In this document: one piece after another, positions 9,744 through 13,189 of the stretch
Position numbering within the stretch: the first letter of the stretch is position 1
How the letters are laid out: each line of letters starts with the position of its first letter
From: Chthonomonadales bacterium
GTDB lineage: Bacteria > Armatimonadota > Chthonomonadetes > Chthonomonadales > Chthonomonadaceae
DNA: 13,189 nt
Assembly: GCA_038217285.1 (NCBI GenBank)
Contig: JBBQPO010000171.1
Span: 1-13,189, forward strand
Direction of reading: 5' to 3'
The notes under the pieces: generated by a model
Told to the model about the DNA's origin: nothing
What the model saw: the letters and a program-made list of their open reading frames with translations, nothing else
Database searches by the model: none
Position numbers and translations under genes: made by a program

Positions 9744-10431
9744 CCCCGACCAGCGGATCTTCTGGCAGCACGGCTGGTTCAAGCTCAATGCCACCATTGT
9801 GTTCACCTGGGCGATTATGCTCGTGCTTGCCGCTGGAGCGAAACTCATTACGCGCCGCCTATCTTCAGATGAGCAGAAGCGCTCCCGATGGCAGAACCTC
9901 CTGGAGATCGTAGTTACTGGGATCCAGACGCAGATCAAAGAGGCTGGCCTGTCCCAACCGGAGAAGTATATAGGCTTCCTGGGCACGCTCTTTCTGTTCG
10001 TCGGCCTCTCCGCCCTCTGCACGATCCTGCCCGGTTACGATCCTCCGACGGCCTCGCTCTCTACGACGGTCGCGCTGGCGCTGTGCGTCTTCGTGGCGGT
10101 CCCGTTATTCGGTATCGAAGATCAGGGCGTGGGCAACTACCTCAAGTCCTTTATCCAGCCGACGGTCATCATGCTGCCGTTCAACATTATCGGGGAACTT
10201 TCGCGTACCCTGGCCCTGGCTGTCCGTCTCTTCGGCAACATGATGAGCGGCGCGATGATCATCGGCATTCTGCTGACGATCACTCCCTTTCTGTTTCCGA
10301 TCGTCATGACCGTGCTCGGCCTGCTCACCGGGATGGTGCAGGCCTATATCTTCAGCATACTGGCGGCCGTCTACATTGCGGCCGCCGTGAGCGTACGCAA
10401 GTCCAAACCGGCGCCTGCGCTCAAAACCTAA
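9733..10431 (+). CDS. atpB: Fo a subunit, 232 aa
   Basis: Motifs PPTASLSTT.ALAL.VF, ELSRTLALAVRLFGNM (essential Arg) and QAYIF..L...YI. Start ATG 9733 after GGAG. Confidence 0.95.
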   Translation: MHLSPDQRIFWQHGWFKLNATIVFTWAIMLVLAAGAKLITRRLSSDEQKRSRWQNLLEIVVTGIQTQIKEAGLSQPEKYIGFLGTLFLFVGLSALCTILPGYDPPTASLSTTVALALCVFVAVPLFGIEDQGVGNYLKSFIQPTVIMLPFNIIGELSRTLALAVRLFGNMMSGAMIIGILLTITPFLFPIVMTVLGLLTGMVQAYIFSILAAVYIAAAVSVRKSKPAPALKT

Positions 10432-10462
10432 ACGACCAATAACGAGTCAAAAGGATCTCACT

Positions 10463-10744
10463 ATGGATAGCATGACCAGTATCGCCGTGGCCTCGATCGT
10501 CACGGCGGGATTCACAATCTGTATAGGGTGTATCGGGCCGGCCCTCGGCGAAGGCAAATCGGTCGCGACAGCGCTGACGGCGCTGTCGCAGCAGCCGGAC
10601 GCCTCTTCCACCATCACACGCACCCTGTTCGTCGGTCTGGCGATGATCGAGTCCACCGCGATCTACAGTTTCGTGGTCTCGATGATTCTTCTCTTCGCCA
10701 ACCCGTTCTGGAATCACGTAATCGCTCAGACGGCGAAAAGGTGA
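10463..10744 (+). CDS. atpE: Fo c subunit with Na+-binding signature, 93 aa
   Basis: Hairpin with GPALGEG (E30), loop QQPD, and MIESTAIY (E63, S64, T65, Y68). Confidence 0.96.
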   Translation: MDSMTSIAVASIVTAGFTICIGCIGPALGEGKSVATALTALSQQPDASSTITRTLFVGLAMIESTAIYSFVVSMILLFANPFWNHVIAQTAKR

Positions 10745-10748
10745 ACCG

Positions 10749-11702
10749 ATGCTGATCGACTGGTTTACGGTCTGCGCCCAGGCGCTCAACTTCCTCATCC
10801 TGGTGTGGCTGATGAAGCGGTATCTCTACAAGCCTGTTCTCGCCGCTATCGATGCGCGGGAGAAACGGATCGCCGGGGAACTCACGGCCGCCGATGCGAA
10901 AAAGGCCGATGCCCAGAAAGAGCACGATACCTTTCAGCAGAAGAACGAGGAGTTCGACAAACAGCGTGCGACCCTCTTGAGCAAGGTGACCGACGAGGCG
11001 AACGCCGAGCGGCAGCGGCTTCTCGATGCCGCGCGCAAAGCGGCCGATGCCCTGAGCGCTAAGCGGCAGGAAGCGCTGCGTAACGAAGCGCATGCACTGG
11101 ATCAAGCGCTCCGCCATCGGACTCAGCAGGAGGTGTTCGCCATCACGCGTAAGGCCCTGGCAGACCTCGCCACGACGAGTCTGGAAGCGTGTATGGGGGA
11201 ACTGTTTATGCGCCGCCTGGGCGCGATGGACGGCCCTGCAAAGCAGGCTCTGGGCACAGCCTTGAAGTCAGCGCCCGGCCCCGTTTCGGTACGCAGCGCA
11301 TTCGACCTGCCTCCCGAGCAGCGCGCCACGATACAAAATGCGCTCAACGTGACCTTCTCTGCGGACATTCCGCTCCGGTTCGAGACCACCCCGGATCTTA
11401 TCAGCGGCTTCGAACTGGCTGCTAACGGGCAAAAAGTGGCATGGAGTCTCGACGACTATCTGAACTCCCTGGAGAAGGGGGTAGACGCACTCCTCAAGGA
11501 GAATGACGCGCCAAAACCAGCGCCATCCGCCGTATCGAAAGCGAACGATGCGCCGAAGCCGAACGTAGCTGCACCGGTACCGGAGTCCGCAACTGCATCG
11601 AAACCGGAAGTCGCGCCCGCACCGAAACCCGAGACTGCAACTGTCCCCGCACCGGTAACTCCTGCACCGTCAACGCCTGCGCCCGAAACGACAAATTTAT
11701 GA
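10749..11702 (+). CDS. atpF: Fo b subunit (N-ATPase b/delta-like fusion) with Pro/Ala-rich tail, 317 aa
   Basis: [27 protein letters not shown]....ID.RE, a charged coiled coil, and a delta-like C-terminal region (V.SAFDL...F...PDLI.G.EL...G.KVAW). No separate atpH precedes atpA. Confidence 0.92.
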   Translation: MLIDWFTVCAQALNFLILVWLMKRYLYKPVLAAIDAREKRIAGELTAADAKKADAQKEHDTFQQKNEEFDKQRATLLSKVTDEANAERQRLLDAARKAADALSAKRQEALRNEAHALDQALRHRTQQEVFAITRKALADLATTSLEACMGELFMRRLGAMDGPAKQALGTALKSAPGPVSVRSAFDLPPEQRATIQNALNVTFSADIPLRFETTPDLISGFELAANGQKVAWSLDDYLNSLEKGVDALLKENDAPKPAPSAVSKANDAPKPNVAAPVPESATASKPEVAPAPKPETATVPAPVTPAPSTPAPETTNL

Positions 11703-13189
11703 GTACAGAAACCGCGAGTCTTCAGGACGTTTTCGACAGCGCCTTTGCGGAGATCGGTCAGGTGCGCGCCGCCTTCGTGCCGCAGTTGAGGCCTCGGGAG
11801 ATCGGCACGGTCCTCAGTGTCAACACAGGCATCGCGCGCGTGTCGGGACTACCGGGCGTGGGTTTCGAGGAGTTGGTGACGTTTCCGGGTGGGGTGCTCG
11901 GCATCGCATTCAATGTGGACGAGGCGGACATCGGTGTCGTCCTGCTCGGCGAATACTGGGATCTGCACGCGGGCGATGAGGTCGAGCGCACCGGACGGGT
12001 CATGGATGTCGTGGTGGGCGAGGCGCTGCTGGGACGTGTCATCGATCCGCTCGGTGAGCCTCTGGACGACGGTGGGCCAATACACAGCGTTAAGCGTCTG
12101 CCTATCGAACGCCCTGCCGCTGCCATCATGGATCGCGCGGCGGTCACGACCCCGCTTCAGACCGGCTTAAAGGTCATCGATGCCCTCATTCCGATCGGGC
12201 GTGGCCAGCGTGAACTGATCCTGGGAGACCGCCAGACAGGCAAGACTGCTATCGCTCTCGACGCCATCCTCAACCAGCAGGGGCAGAATGTGGTCTGTGT
12301 CTACTGCGCTATCGGCCAGCGCGCCTCTGCGGTAGCGAAGGCCGTGGCCCGCTTGCGATCCAGCGGCGCCATGGAATACACGGTGGTCGTGGTGGCCGAG
12401 GGCAACGATCCGCCCGGCCTCGCCTACATTGCGCCCTACGCCGCGACCAGTATCGCGGAGTATTTTATGGAGGCGGGACGGGATGTGCTGATCGTCTACG
12501 ATGATCTCACCCAACATGCGCGCGCCTACCGTGAACTCTCCTTACTGCTGCGCCGTCCGCCCGGTCGCGAGGCGTTTCCCGGCGACATCTTCTACATCCA
12601 CTCGCGGATGCTCGAACGCGCCACCCACCTGCGCGCGGAACTCGGCAACGGCTCGCTCACAGCGCTGCCAATCATCGAGACCGAAGCGCAGGACATGTCC
12701 GCCTACATCCCGACCAACCTGATCTCCATCACCGATGGGCAGATCTACCTCTCGCCGTCGCTGTTCGAGTTGGGAGTGCTGCCGGCAGTCGATGTCGGCC
12801 AGTCCGTTTCGCGCGTCGGCGGCAAAGCCCAGCGGGCCGCCTACCGTGCGGTGGCGGGCGACCTCAAACTCGCCTACGCGCAGTTCGTGGAACTGGAAAC
12901 CTTCTCCCGTTTCGGCGCGCATCTGGATGCAGCGACGCAGGCGACCATCGACCACGGGAGGCGCATTCGCGCCTGCCTCAAACAGGCGGAAGGCGCTCCG
13001 GTCTCGGTGTCTGCGCAGATCGCCGTGCTGTTGGCGCTGACCGCGAAACTCTTTGACCGTGTGCCGCTGGATCGGATGACGGCCGCCGAGCACGCCCTGA
13101 TCCAGGCGGCGGCAGAGATACCGAAAGAGGTGTTGGAACGGCTGGATACCGCCGACAAACTGAGCGATCCGGATCGAGAAGCGATCCTC
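11699..13189 (+). CDS. atpA: N-type F-ATPase alpha subunit (partial, runs off the window end)
   Basis: Absent from the ORF track because there is no stop. From ATG 11699 (ATGA overlap with the atpF stop) it reads MSTETASLQ...GRVIDPLG...[17 protein letters not shown] (Walker A 12224-12247)...[30 protein letters not shown]...[12 protein letters not shown], all in one frame to 13189. Confidence 0.96.
   Translation, partial: MSTETASLQDVFDSAFAEIGQVRAAFVPQLRPREIGTVLSVNTGIARVSGLPGVGFEELVTFPGGVLGIAFNVDEADIGVVLLGEYWDLHAGDEVERTGRVMDVVVGEALLGRVIDPLGEPLDDGGPIHSVKRLPIERPAAAIMDRAAVTTPLQTGLKVIDALIPIGRGQRELILGDRQTGKTAIALDAILNQQGQNVVCVYCAIGQRASAVAKAVARLRSSGAMEYTVVVVAEGNDPPGLAYIAPYAATSIAEYFMEAGRDVLIVYDDLTQHARAYRELSLLLRRPPGREAFPGDIFYIHSRMLERATHLRAELGNGSLTALPIIETEAQDMSAYIPTNLISITDGQIYLSPSLFELGVLPAVDVGQSVSRVGGKAQRAAYRAVAGDLKLAYAQFVELETFSRFGAHLDAATQATIDHGRRIRACLKQAEGAPVSVSAQIAVLLALTAKLFDRVPLDRMTAAEHALIQAAAEIPKEVLERLDTADKLSDPDREAIL

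Overview
GC-rich bacterial window whose intact genes are all on the + strand. Positions 1-2070 are a rearranged mosaic: the 3' end of a BON-domain-like gene, a ~100-bp frameshifted copy of part of the atpD gene found 7.4 kb downstream, an intact NADPH:quinone-reductase-like (MDR) gene, a decayed IS200/IS605-family tnpB 5' fragment on the minus strand, and a chimeric ORF joining a histidine-phosphatase N-terminus to a second copy of the BON C-terminus. A tightly packed, probably co-transcribed run follows: tpiA-like, rpiB-like, pgi, tal and ppk2, leading directly into an N-type ATPase operon (atpD-C-Q-R-B-E-F-A, with atpA running off the window). The c-subunit carries a Na+-binding signature. 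The most interesting points are the coupling of sugar-phosphate enzymes and a polyphosphate kinase 2 to an N-ATPase, non-canonical active-site motifs in the TIM, RpiB and PPK2 proteins, and the recombination scars upstream. All calls come from motif recognition by eye; no searches were run.
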